In this document: positions 38,483-50,455 of the stretch, piece after piece
Layout of the letters: each line of letters begins with the position of its first letter
How positions within the stretch are numbered: position 1 is the first letter of the stretch
From: Lama guanicoe
Taxonomy: Eukaryota
DNA: 64,000 nt
Direction: 5' to 3'
Assembly: GCA_013239625.1 (NCBI GenBank)
Contig: MU054187.1
Location: 14,108,974 to 14,172,973 of the forward strand
Program-made: the position numbers and the translations under genes
The notes under the pieces: generated by a model
Told to the model about the DNA's origin: nothing
Seen by the model: only the letters and a program-made list of their open reading frames with translations
The model's database searches: none

Positions 38483-39287
38483 CCTTTTTTCTTTTAGTTA
38501 CAATTTTTCTATTTCTTGCGATGAGAATGTTAAAGATTTACTCCCTTAGCAATTTTCAAATGTACATCCAGTGTTATTAACTATAGTCACCATGCTGTAC
38601 ATTCCATCCCATATTTGTATGACATTTACTTTATAACTGGAAGTTTGTACCTTTGACCATCTTCACCTGTTCTGCTCACCTCCCATCTGATACCTCTGGC
38701 AACCACCATCTATAGCTAGGTATGAGTTCAGTTGTTTTCTTTGCTTCTTCTTTTTTGGTTTGTTTGTTTGTTTGTTTTTAGATTCTACATATAAGTGAGA
38801 TCATACAGTGTTTGTCTTTCTCTAACTTATTTTACTTAGCATAATGCCGTCAAGGTCCATCCATGTTGTCGCAAATGGCAGGATTTCTTCCTTTTCATGG
38901 CTGAGTAGTATTCCATTGTATATCTATACCACATTTTCTTTATCTGTTCATCCATTCATGGACACTTATCTTGTTTCCATGTCTTGGCTATTGTAAATAA
39001 TGTTGCTGTGAACACAGAGGTGCAGATTTTTTTTAAGTTAGTGTTTTTGTTTCCTTGGGATAAATACACAGAAGTGTGAATGCTAGATCATGTGGTAGTT
39101 CAATTTTTAATTTCCTGAGAAACCACCATGCTATTTTCCATTGTAGCTGCCCCAATTTATATTAATGCACAAGGGTCCCCTTTTCTCCGCATCCTCACCC
39201 ACACTTGCTATTTCTGGTCTTTTTGATAACAATCATTCTGATGGGTATGAGGTGATATCTCATTGTGGTTTTGACTTGTATGTCCAA
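38483..39287 (-). mobile_element. L1MA-type ORF2-end/3' UTR fragment
   Basis: tttagattctacatataagtgagatcatacag...gctgagtagtattccattg...gaggtgatatctcattgtggttttga; degenerate TSD cagttccttaaattct / cagttcctataattct. Confidence 0.85.
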
Positions 39288-40069
39288 CAGTTCCTATAAT
39301 TCTTAAACATTTAATTCATGATAGAGAATATTGAGTTGGAGGTCAGAAGAACTGGGCCCTAGTGTGTGGGGTTTTTATTCTTTTTTTTCTTCTTTCTTTC
39401 TTTTTTTTTTTTTTTGGCTACTCCCTACTTGTGTTTAGACTCCACAAGTCTCACTTTTCTCACCTGTAAAACAGGGACACTAAGATCTACCTTGATAACA
39501 GGGCTCTCGTACGAAAGTGCTTTGTAAGCACTTATTATTACTTGGTCAATGTTGGATTCTTCTTATATATAATTTTATATTAAAATGTTAGTTATTAATA
39601 TTCTAAGAAGTAAATGGGAACATACTTCAAGAATTTAAGTAGATGTAAATACCATTAACTGAAAAATGTTATTTTTGAAGAAAAAAATCATATCTATTTT
39701 TAGCAAGCTCAAAAGGCTAAAATTATCACAATGAACAACCACTTTCCAATTTTATGTAAGATGCTATGGAAAGAGAATGGCACAGCTACAGTCGCAAACC
39801 CTCTTGGAGCCTGCATTTTAGTCAGATGTAGCAAAAGGTTTAATTCCATGCCCACATACCACCCTGTGCGCCGGTCTAGATAATAACCCCCAGAAATATC
39901 TCCCACAAGTCCCAGTTCACAGCCTTCCAAGAATCAAAGGGGATGCTGGACACAGCCTGGCAGAAGTCTGCACGTTCAGCACGTCCTGGCTACTCCACTT
40001 GGAAATATCCGACAAGTTGGAGACACCCACCGGGTTTCTTCCCCGAGCCCTGCAGGCTGTTCCGACCCA

Positions 40070-40088
40070 CAGCGCCATCTGCTGGCTG
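40070..40088 (-). promoter_or_regulatory. Candidate CTCF binding site
   Basis: Minus strand reads CAGCCAGCAGATGGCGCTG, a near-consensus CTCF core (CCAGCAGRKGGCGC). Confidence 0.6.
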
Positions 40089-40244
40089 TCCCCGGGAACG
40101 GATTCGATGGCCGCCTCTTCTCCCTCGGACCTGACTTTCCCCAGCTGTCCTCCTCCTGCCTGTGTATCCCGCGCTTCACAATTCAGTTCACTCTGTGTTA
40201 AGAAGTCATTCTTACACTTGTATACAGACGTTCTTCATTCCTAG

Positions 40245-40662
40245 ATTAATTTGCTAGGGCTGCCATAACAAAGTCCCACAAACTGGGTGGCTTAAACAAC
40301 GGAAATTTACCGACTGTCTCACGGCTCTGGAGGCCAAGAGTCAGAAATCAAGCTGTGAGCCCGCTGCTACCTCCTGAGGGCGGAGAGGGGAAGATCTGGC
40401 CCAGGCCGCTCCTTGGCTTGTAGATGGCCGTCCTCGTGCTCACAGGGTGTTCTTCCTGTAGGCGTGTCTCTGTGTCCCAATGTCTGCTTTTTTGTAAGGA
40501 CACCAGTCATATTGGGTCAGGGCCCACTCTAATGACCTCATCTTAACTTAACTAATTATATCTGCAATGACCTTATCTCCAAATAAGGGCACATTCTGAG
40601 GTTCTGGGGACTAGGACTTCAGCACGTGCATTTGGAGGGGGACACACAATCAATCCACTGCA
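40245..40662 (-). mobile_element. MLT1B/C-like MaLR solo LTR
   Basis: tgctagggctgccataacaaagtcccacaaactgggtggcttaaacaac...aggacaccagtcatattggg...gcccactctaatgacctcatcttaac. Confidence 0.8.
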
Positions 40663-43123
40663 GCCCCCCTTCCATTTCCTTCCGACTTGCTCAGATACCA
40701 CGAGGCATTCTCTTATTCTCATTCTCTCTTCTGCTCAGCCTCCTACCTACCTTGCAGCCTGCACATTATCTTATATGATGGAGACACGTAAAAATAGGTG
40801 TGTCTAGGAAAAAGAAGGCCACGTGCTTTGAAACCTGACCTGGGTGGAGATGTGAGAACCCACAAATCACTCAGAATGCCTCTTCTGAAGGTCCTCACTT
40901 CCTCACCTTCCTTTATTTAAACCAGCTTGTCTTCTTTTCCTTAAGCACCATCGTTCAAAGTAAATACTTCCCACACAGCATTTTTCTGTTTGAATCACCA
41001 ATATTCACACCGTACTATGTTCTGCTATATTTTCATTGTCAATGTGTAGTATTTTAACTGTTATAAAATACATTGGAATAAAAGTCCCTATGAGATGGTA
41101 ACTCCTCCCCTCAACCCACCACCCCCATCAAAGATACAACTGTTAGTCTCTAAGTATTTGTGTGCTGGCCACTGCGGTGGGTGTGGGAGATACAAACATA
41201 AGTGAGGCAAGATGTCTGCTATAAAGAAAGGCCAGACAAACATAACTAATAATCTAAGTTTCATAACAGTCTATTTATAAGATGATACAGCAGCACAAAA
41301 GATGGAGTGATTAATTAAGCATTAGGAATCAGAAGTCATCAGCTCCCAGCCATCTAGTAAAGGATAGCATTCTCGGTGAAGGTAAAATTTCATAACAGAT
41401 TGAATGAGGAGAGAGAAAGGCTGGCCTGCAGAAGAGAAGGGCATTCCAGTACTTTGGGAACAAACTCAAAAGCAGAAGAACATGTGAGTGGGATATTGGA
41501 TAAGCGTCTTTGAGCATCTTCCATCCAACCACTAGCCTCCTGCTGCTGTGTATTAGTTTATGAAAGAGATGGATGCCATCTTTGACCTCAGGGACACACA
41601 CACTGACCAGTGGAAGTGAATGAAATATTTTCTGAACTTGCAATGAATTTCTGGAATTTCAATTCAAGCCTCTTCATCAACTTACAAGAGTCATTATAAT
41701 CATCCGATCAATGAATTGTTGACATACTATTTCATCTACCCTACAGATGACTATTATGAGCTGCACTTTGTCCAGTCATCCATAGAAACTTTCAATTTTC
41801 TCTTGGTAGTTAGTTTCACATCATTTCTGCTTGTACCAATTCTTTGGTTTGTTTGGGACTACGTTACTGCAGCATTCACACACACTCTCTGAGCTAAAAC
41901 CTGGACACACCATAAGCAGGCTTTAGAATTATTCTTTTGCGAAAACAGTCTCAGAATCCTGATTTTCACTTGCATCGCTTGACTGCATCCTCAAAAGTCA
42001 GAAGGAATATGTTGTTCTTCTTGTTTGCTGTCTTTGAGGCCAAGATTTGGTCAGGGTTGTGCACACAGGGTCCTTTCTCTATTACCACTGACTTCACACT
42101 GTTACTTCTCCCCAGTTAATGAGGTGATCCATGTCATTCCAACCAAATCCTACCCCTGACCCTAGAATGGTTTCTTATCCCCCAAACAGTAGTCCAGATC
42201 CAAGAAATATCAAAACACTAAAGCTGAGAGTGTTAGAGATGATCTTATCCAACCACATACTTTTACAGTGAGAACACTAAGCCCCAGAGAAATTATAGGA
42301 CTGATAAGATTATGCAGAATCCAAACAAGAATTAAGTTCCCCAGATATTCAGCTTTGCTATTAGTGTGTCCTGTGTGTTGCTGTCTGTTGGTTTCTGTCC
42401 TCCAGCCCTCACCTCTCTCTCTACGTGAACCATGTTAAAGATTTTGATCTTTTCTTAAAAAGGTAGGGAACCAGCTGCCGGATTTTTAAGCTGAGTGAGC
42501 ATGATCTGATTGATAAACTTTTTCAGAACTCCCAGTGGCAAGTGGAGGCTGGACTGGAAGGAGCACTGTCACAAATATGTGTTATTGTGTTTGCCCTAAT
42601 CACAACCCCGAAATGACCCCTGTGCCTCCTGAAGCCCAACCACCTGGGCCACAGCTCAGTGTCCTTGGATGGACACCCAGTCCAGGGCAACCAGGCAGCA
42701 GCTAAGACAGAGGCTGCCCAAATAGAGACGTATGGGTCTGCTAGTCTCCCTCCAGAGGTTCTGACTGAGGCACCTGCGATGGGCCTCCAGCAGTCTGTGG
42801 TTTTTAAGCCCCAGGTGATTTCAGTGATTAGCCAGATTTCAGTCACTACTCTAAGGAGTAAGAGACACAGAACCAACTGTCTGCTGTGATGGGGAATGAA
42901 CCAGGATGTTGTGATGCTGGGGCTTGAAACCATCTTGGGCCAAATGCCAAGTGAGTGATGAGAGGACATTGCTTGAGGAACAGAGGAGCAACAGAGGCAG
43001 AGAAGAGAGAGACCTCTGTTCCTGAATTTCCAACTACCCAAGACCTACTATACTTCATTTCATATCCCTGTAACTTCTGGTAATACTGGACCATCACAAT
43101 AATCTGTCCTTCATCTATCCCAT

Positions 43124-43127
<4 letters not shown>

Positions 43128-43164
<37 letters not shown>

Positions 43165-43168
43165 CGCG
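43128..43168. repeat. (TG)n microsatellite
   Basis: Direct tandem TG run ending in gcgtgcgcg. Confidence 0.9.
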
Positions 43169-45231
43169 TCTTTGCTGCTGAAACATCCATCATTTTGGAA
43201 GAGGTCCCTAACTTTCCCTTCCCTTAACTCTCTATTTGTTCTCATTTTCTCCACCCCAACCCAGACCTTGGTCAAGGACTACCTCTCGTCCCAGAAACTG
43301 ATGATGTTATCAAAAGCTTGATAAGTGTTTGGTGTGATATCTATCAGCAGGCACATTTCTACTTAAGAATCTTCCCAGGATTCCTGTAGTGCAAAGGATG
43401 ATGGGTTCTTGGAGCATGGAGGAACCAAAGAGGGCTTGGCAGGAGATTGTTTATGATGGAAATGCTGGGGACTCCCTTGCTTCACACTTTGTGATCACAC
43501 CATGTGGTTGAGATCACACAAACCTGATCGGGAAGCTCTAATTTCAGCATCTACACAGTCCCCACGCCACCCACGGTCGCGAACAGAAGCTTTAGTCCTA
43601 ACCTCCTCTGATAGCTCTGATCTGAAAATCATGTTATAGCATGTGGTCCGGGAGTTAGCTTCTTGTAGGTGAAACTAAAGGCGCAGCTACTGAGGAAGAC
43701 AAATGGAAGCTTCTATTCAAATATGGGTCAAACTGAGGGGAACTGGAGTTATTAACCTCAAGAAACTTTATTTCTAGTAGAGTAATCCTTAATATATGAA
43801 CACACACACACACGTGAGAGAGAGACAGGTAGATGGATAGTCTGGAAGAATTTCCACCAGAATGTTCATTGAGATTATTTTTGGAAGAGGCGGCCCACGG
43901 CTTTGTTTTGATTTTTTGTGTTTGCTTATTTGTACTTTTCCTAATGTTTTGTAAGGGGCATTACATGTGCTATATAGTATTGTATCAGGACTGAACGAAA
44001 ACAAAAGAGTGAGAAACCTTTTTTTCTAAGAAAATAGGAAAAGAAAGAAAGGAAGGAAGAAGGAAATGGGGAGGGAGGAGGGAGGAAGAAACACTTCAGA
44101 AAAGGCACTGTTACTGTTAAGAACCCCACGCTCACTCCTGGTCTACGGGTCGACTTGCCCTGCAGAGAGATGCTTTCCCAAACCGGGTGCATGAAGTGTG
44201 GAGGCGAAACGCACCACCCAGTAAAGGAGAGCAGCCGGAAACCATCTGCACCGGGAGAAGCCGCTCCTCGCACAGAGTATTTACTCAGTCGTAGAAACAC
44301 TGTTTCCGTTTCAAGTTTAAATTACAGCCAGAGCGATACTGAGCACCCGATGAAAGGAAGGTTCAGGTCAACTTCAAAGTGAAGCTGAGACCAGGAGAAG
44401 GCCCCACGTCACCTCCACCTCCTCGCCCAGCCCGCCGCCGATGGCAAACCCGCCCCCCTCACTTTGTAGCTTCTCCCGGGGATTTAACTGATGGAATCAA
44501 GATGGAAGACTTCAAATAGGTTGCACTTCTGTATTTTTCCTCCGCCTTCTTCCCTCGGTTGCTTATTTCCTTGTGTCTGTTTATTCTTTAGAGCTCTCTC
44601 TCTCTCCCCCAAGATCCTAGGATGGAAGTTCCCTAAAACCAGGGAACCCAGAGCTAACTTCCCACCAGCATGAACACTGAGTCATTTCGCTCACAAGCAT
44701 CCATTTAATTTTAATTTTAAGATTACTCCAAGGGTCTCTAGAGGACCTTTGTACTTTTCCTTAAAAAAATAAATCTATTTTAATATCCTGGATACTGATA
44801 AGCCTAAAGCAGTATCAGACAGGTCAAAGTTAAATGAACATTATAATTATCAAATGGCAATTTAAATTCCAGGCCTCAGAAGCCAGCATTTCAGAGCCAG
44901 ACATTTCCTTCCTTTACTAATAACAGTGATTAACAATTGTATTTTGTTTTTAATGTATACAAGGCATTTCTGCATTATCTTAGGTGAACCTTTCCACAAC
45001 CCTGAGCAGGAAACAGAGCATTGTATTATCTCCAGTTTACAAAGATGGGAAATAGAAATTAAAAGAAGTTAAGTGACCTGCAGAAGCAAGTAGCCCCTGG
45101 AACAGGACTGAGGCACCACTCAGCTCCGTTCTCAAAGAGTAAGAAGTTCCTTTCCTGGAATTTACTTTGCTGTCTACAGGTCATCCATGGTCAGGATGGT
45201 GCTGGGGGCTGTCTAAAATACATTTCCAATA

Positions 45232-45946
45232 CAATTGTATGTGTTGTGTTTTCCCAAACAGGAAATGCAGATGGTCAACCAGCACAGGAAAAGATGCTCA
45301 ACATGGCTAGTTATCAGGGAAATGCAAGTCCAAACCACAGTGAGATTTCATCTCTCACCTGTCAGAATGGCTGTCATCAAAAAGAACACAAATACATGTT
45401 GGTGAGCGCGTGGAGCAAAGGGAGCCCTCATACGCATGTCAGTTGGTGCAGCCACGGTTGAAAACAGTATGGAGGGTTCTCAAAAAACTAAAGATAGAAC
45501 TACCATATGATCTAGTAATTTCTCTCCTGGGTAGACATCAAAAAAACCCAAAACCACTAAGTTGAAAAGATACATACCTCCCAGGGTTCATTGCAGCATT
45601 GTTTATAACAGCCAAGATATGGAAGCAACCTAAGTGTCCATCAACTGGTGAATGGATAAAGAGGATGTGATATCTATATGTACATACATAATGGAATACT
45701 ACTTGGCCATAAAAAAGAATGAAATTTGCCATTTGCAGCAATATGGATGGACTTGGAGGGCATTATGCTGAGTGAAATAAATCAGACAGAGAAACACAAA
45801 TACCGTATGATATCACCTATATGTAGAATCTAAAAAATACAACAAACAAGTGAATATAACAAAAAAGAAGCAGACTTACAGAGAATCAACTAGTGGTTAC
45901 CACTGGGGAAGTGGGGGGTAATATAAAGGCGGGGGAGTGGGAGAAA
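45232..45946 (+). mobile_element. L1 ORF2-end/3' UTR fragment with perfect 17-bp TSD
   Basis: Degenerate ORF2 C-terminal motifs (aaaagatgctcaacat; gccaagatatggaagcaacctaagtgtccatcaac); TSD aaaatacatttccaata at 45215-45231 and 45947-45963. Confidence 0.85.
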
Positions 45947-48900
45947 AAAATACATTTCCAATAAAAGCATATGTTTTACAGTTAATAAAATTATTTATTT
46001 AAAAATTTTAATATTTTTATGCCATTTTGATCAACCTTAATAATATTTGATAACTCAGCTCCAGAGTAAATTTTTAACACAGTCTTAGAGACATAGGAAA
46101 TATAAACATTTAAATTTGTATGCATATTTTTATTGTAAAACTTTCAAGCACAAGATAATAGGAGAAAATTCTATTTTGAGGGGGGAGAAGTGGGATGGAA
46201 ATACAAGTTCAAGGAAGCAAAGGACTATTGCAAACTTTCCCGAAGTTTGAGAAGAGTTTTTCCATGTTTTACAAGTGGATGACAGTGGTTATAAAATAAC
46301 TATGTTGTTTGTAGTTCAGTGAATATATTTAAATGAATAATATATAGCATTATTTTTAACTACCGACATTTATACTACAATAGATTGCAGTATACATACA
46401 ATAAATGTAGTATATAATAGATTGTAACTGTTGCATCCAATTACATCACTGATAAAAAATTTTAGATGTCAATTTTTTTAAGCACGAACGTTACCCCGAG
46501 TTTATATAATGTTCTTTGGATGGGAAGAAGCATTAAAACTATTTTGAAAACCAACATGTCAGAGGACCCGTGGCCTCAACTGAGGGTGGGAGGAGCAGTG
46601 AAAGGTGTATGTTTTAATAAATTATTTAATGAGAGAGAGAAGCTTTTAATGGAGTAACGCAGACTGATGCCAATTTGTATATGAGACTTCATTTTGGACT
46701 AAACTAAATCCAACTTTTTAAAAACTGAAAGTGACCCAAAAGCTGTGGGATGGGGTTTGACGGAAAATTTTCAAAGGCAACAATTGGATTAAAAAAAATT
46801 AAACTATTTCGTGTTTGTAATTAACCAAGTTCTAACTGTTTGATAAACCACTTAAATAACATCTTTCCACTAAAAAAAATGGAACTTTTCCTTTAATTAG
46901 TTCAGCTGAGCTGTGTGAAAGGGCTAAAGAGAACCACAGTGTGTTGCTTGGAAATGAAGGCAGCCTGAAATATCTCACTTAATGACTTAGCTGGGATTTT
47001 TTAAAATGCGTTCATGTAGCCATGAATAAATACACTTACTGTGATAATGGGATAGGGTTAGCATACATTTTATTCCCATTTTTATGTGAGCCCTGGGAAA
47101 ATGTTCACATAAATTAGTGTATGGAAATGGAAGATATTTCATTATAACCAAGTCCTTTAACTCGTTGAACTCTATTAACGTATTCTGTGATCAAAAATTA
47201 TTTTTAATGATCAGCTTACAACTCAAAAAGCCCATCCTTCAAAGCGCCACAGTGGCTTTCTGAGGGCCACGTCAGTCCTTTCTTCTCTTCCAGCCAAGCA
47301 TCTTAGAACTCAGCCTGAGTCTAGTGCAAAACAAAAACACAACACCCCCAAAACAAACATTTGTTTTAAGAATACTTGTTTAGTTCAATATAATAGCTTC
47401 AAATTAGATACGGAGGTCATCTTAAGTACCTCAGTAAGGCTCCTTTTCTATAAAGTTATCCATAAAGAGCGGGGAGAAGAGGTAAAGTGCTACGCAAACA
47501 GCAGCTACTACAATAATTACGGTAACAGATATCAGCTGCTTACTTACTGTGTGATGAGAGCCTTGTATACATTAGCCGAAACATTCCTCGTAATAAAGAT
47601 ATGCTGTAGTCAATTTTATCCTCACCTTACAGATGAGGAAAGTAGGAATCTAAGGGGTTAGATAGCCTGCCTGTATGCGAGTAACTTGTAGGGCTTGCAT
47701 GAAAACCCACACTGTTCTGATTTCCAAGTCCATGGTGTTAACTATTATGCCTCCTCATTGCAAGCACATGAAAAGTGCCCATGGATGGCTTATGTGATGC
47801 TCCAAGAGTCACTGCCTTCCCGCGTCCTTCACACCCATCCACTCTCCTTGATCTTCCTCTCTTTGCTCTGCCCGTCTTTCATTAGGTAGACCAATATTTT
47901 CAGTCTTCTAAAGGCACCTCTGTAAGCATTGCCTCATTCCTCCCAAGGTTAAAAAGCTCAGCAAACCCTGGGTTGGTGGGAAGGATATTCAGGATTTGGA
48001 CCTGTTTCTAATGTCACATTCCATCTCTGGACTATTTTTTCCCCTGAAGCCCACACAGAGTAATTAACATTGAACGGCAAGACAAATTCTTCAGTAATGA
48101 ACACCTGGAAGGGAGCCAGCCAGCTGGCATCAAAGCCAGGCTCAATGCAATTTGGTTTCATTGAGCTGGACAGATAATGAAGAAAAGAACATTTAGTCAC
48201 CACTACGAGGATTTGGGCTTTAGAGGGTGAAAAATTCCGGACAATACACAAACAAAGATAGGAGATAGGACACTGGAAGGAACGTGGAGTAACAATGTGG
48301 CTAAGGACACCTAAGCTGAAGGGACACATGAGCTGGGGATGGGACACAGAAGAAAATATGATGCAGCCTGTGGACAGTGGGGGGCTTCATGTGGTTAAAA
48401 CCACTGTGCTTACTGAGATTTCATAAGTTCTGTGTTGAGGTCAAAAGGGGCATTTGGATCAGCTAATAATTGTTCTGAAATCAGTTCTACTCCAATGAGA
48501 ATTGCTGTACCCACAGGCATGATGAAATGAGCAGGAAATGAGTGGAAAGTCCCACTGTCACAAACGCCCAATCATAGTGCTTCAAATCCCCCACAAGCCA
48601 CCCTTCTGGGTTGGAGCCCTCGAGGGGTCTATCACAACATGTGCAGCATAAGATTCCAACAAGAGAGCCAATCATTTTCCTTTCACCATGGGAGGAGTCA
48701 GTAGCCTAACGCTCCAATTAGATTTCCCTCTTCCACCAAGCAAGCTATTCCATGACCTACTAGGTAGTCGGGCACACCCACTGCCACATCAGTGCTATGA
48801 CAAGTTCTCACAAAAGAGGGGCCACATACTGTTCGCTGTCCTGTTCTACAGGGGCGGACAGAATTGCAAAGCAATTTGAAGTCCAGAGTTTACAGCCAGT

Positions 48901-49057
48901 TTTGCTTTGGGATTTTGGTTTTCAAAGAAAGTATTTCTGAAAAATTTTCTTAGGTTCACTGAAATACAGTAGAAAAGCAAATACACTTTCCATTTCCATA
49001 AAGTATTAAATGCCCTGAAAAGTCACCCTCACCTGCAAGCGAGTAATTCACCTCAGT

Positions 49058-50455
49058 TTTTTTTTTAATTAAGGTAATATTTACCTAACATAAAATTAAC
49101 CATTTTAACAAGAAAAATTCAGCCAGCTGGCAAAAGCCAGACTCATCGTAATTTGGTTTTAGTGAGCTGGACAGATAATGAAGAAACAGAACAACATTTA
49201 GTTACCACCAGAATGTTAGAAGCTACAATGGGGTAATAAAAGCTAGACCACAGTGGTATTTAGTACATTCACAATATTGTGCAACCATCACCTCTATCTG
49301 GTTCCAAAACATTTTCATAATCCCAAAAGGAGACTGGGTACCCATTAAGCAGTTACTCCTAAATCTCCCCACCCCTACCCCCTGGCAACTACCAACCTGT
49401 GTTCTTTCTCTGTGTATTTAACTCTTCTGATTATTTCATATAAATGGAATCATATTAAGTGTGACCCTTTGAGTCTGGCCTCTTTCACTTACCATAGTGT
49501 TTTCAGGGTTCATCCAGGTTATCTTATGTATCCATAGTTCATGCCTTTTTAATGATTGAATAATTGTCCACTGTATGGATATACTGCATTTTGTTTCCCC
49601 ATTCACCTGCTGATGGACATCTGGGTTGTTCCAGTTATTGTGAATTACACTGCTGTGAACCCAGTGAAAATTGAATACCTATTTTCAATTCTTTTGGGTA
49701 TATACTTTGGGAGTGAAATTACAGGATCGTATGGTAATTCTATGTCTAATTTTTTGAGGAACCGCCAAACTGTTTCTCACAGGAGTTGCAGCATTTTACA
49801 TTCTCACCATGTCTCAGTTTCTCCACAGCCTCACTAATTGTCGTTTTCCTTTATTGTTGGTGTTGGTTTTTTGTTTTTGGTTTGGTTTGGTTTGGTTTGG
49901 TTTGGTTATAACCATCCTAGTGAATGAGAAGTGATGTCTCATTGTGGTTGTGATTTGCAATTCCCTAATGACTAATGATTTTGAGCATCTCTTCATGTGG
50001 ATGTTGGCCATTTGTATGGTTGACCCTGAAGCTCTACATACAGGATTCAATCAACTTCAGATCATGTAGTATGTATTTATTGGAAAAAAAAGTCCACTTA
50101 TGAGTGGATCTTCACAGTTTGAACCCATGTTCTTCGAGAGTCAACTGAATAGTCAACATGAAATCCAGATGCTTTCTACGTGAGCTTTCCAGTTAAATGA
50201 CAGAGAAAAATTTTTATAAGCTCTCTAAGAAGGAACTAAAAAACCTGACGTTTATCTATTTAGAATATTAGTAATTGTGCCTTGTCATTCAATTGTTTCT
50301 GTGCCATATAAATTATGGTATGTGGACTGGAAATAAAAATACATTAAAAATAAAAGCTAATTATGATGAGCTTGGAAAAAATAGTCAACCGAGTATCTTT
50401 TTTGGAGAAATGTCTATTCAAGTTCTTTGCCCATATTTCACTGGAATTGTTTGTG
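49058..50455 (-). mobile_element. L1MB-like element interrupted at 49120-49250 and ~50017-50393
   Basis: Antisense L1MB motifs (cataaaattaaccatttt, gtacattcacaatattgtgcaaccatcacc, tttttgaggaaccgccaaactg, ggagaaatgtctattcaag); (TTTGG)n tract at ~49866-49904. Confidence 0.8.
50017..50147. mobile_element. Tigger2/MER8-like DNA transposon fragment
   Basis: aaaaaagtccacttatgagtggatcttcacagtttgaacccatgttcttcgagagtcaactg matches the recalled Tigger2-family terminus. Confidence 0.6.

Noticed and set aside
45246..45741. ORFs with L1 ORF2-like peptides (also 49556-50050, 57410-57931, 61499-61711)
   Set aside because: Fragments of decayed LINE-1 copies, frameshifted and truncated.
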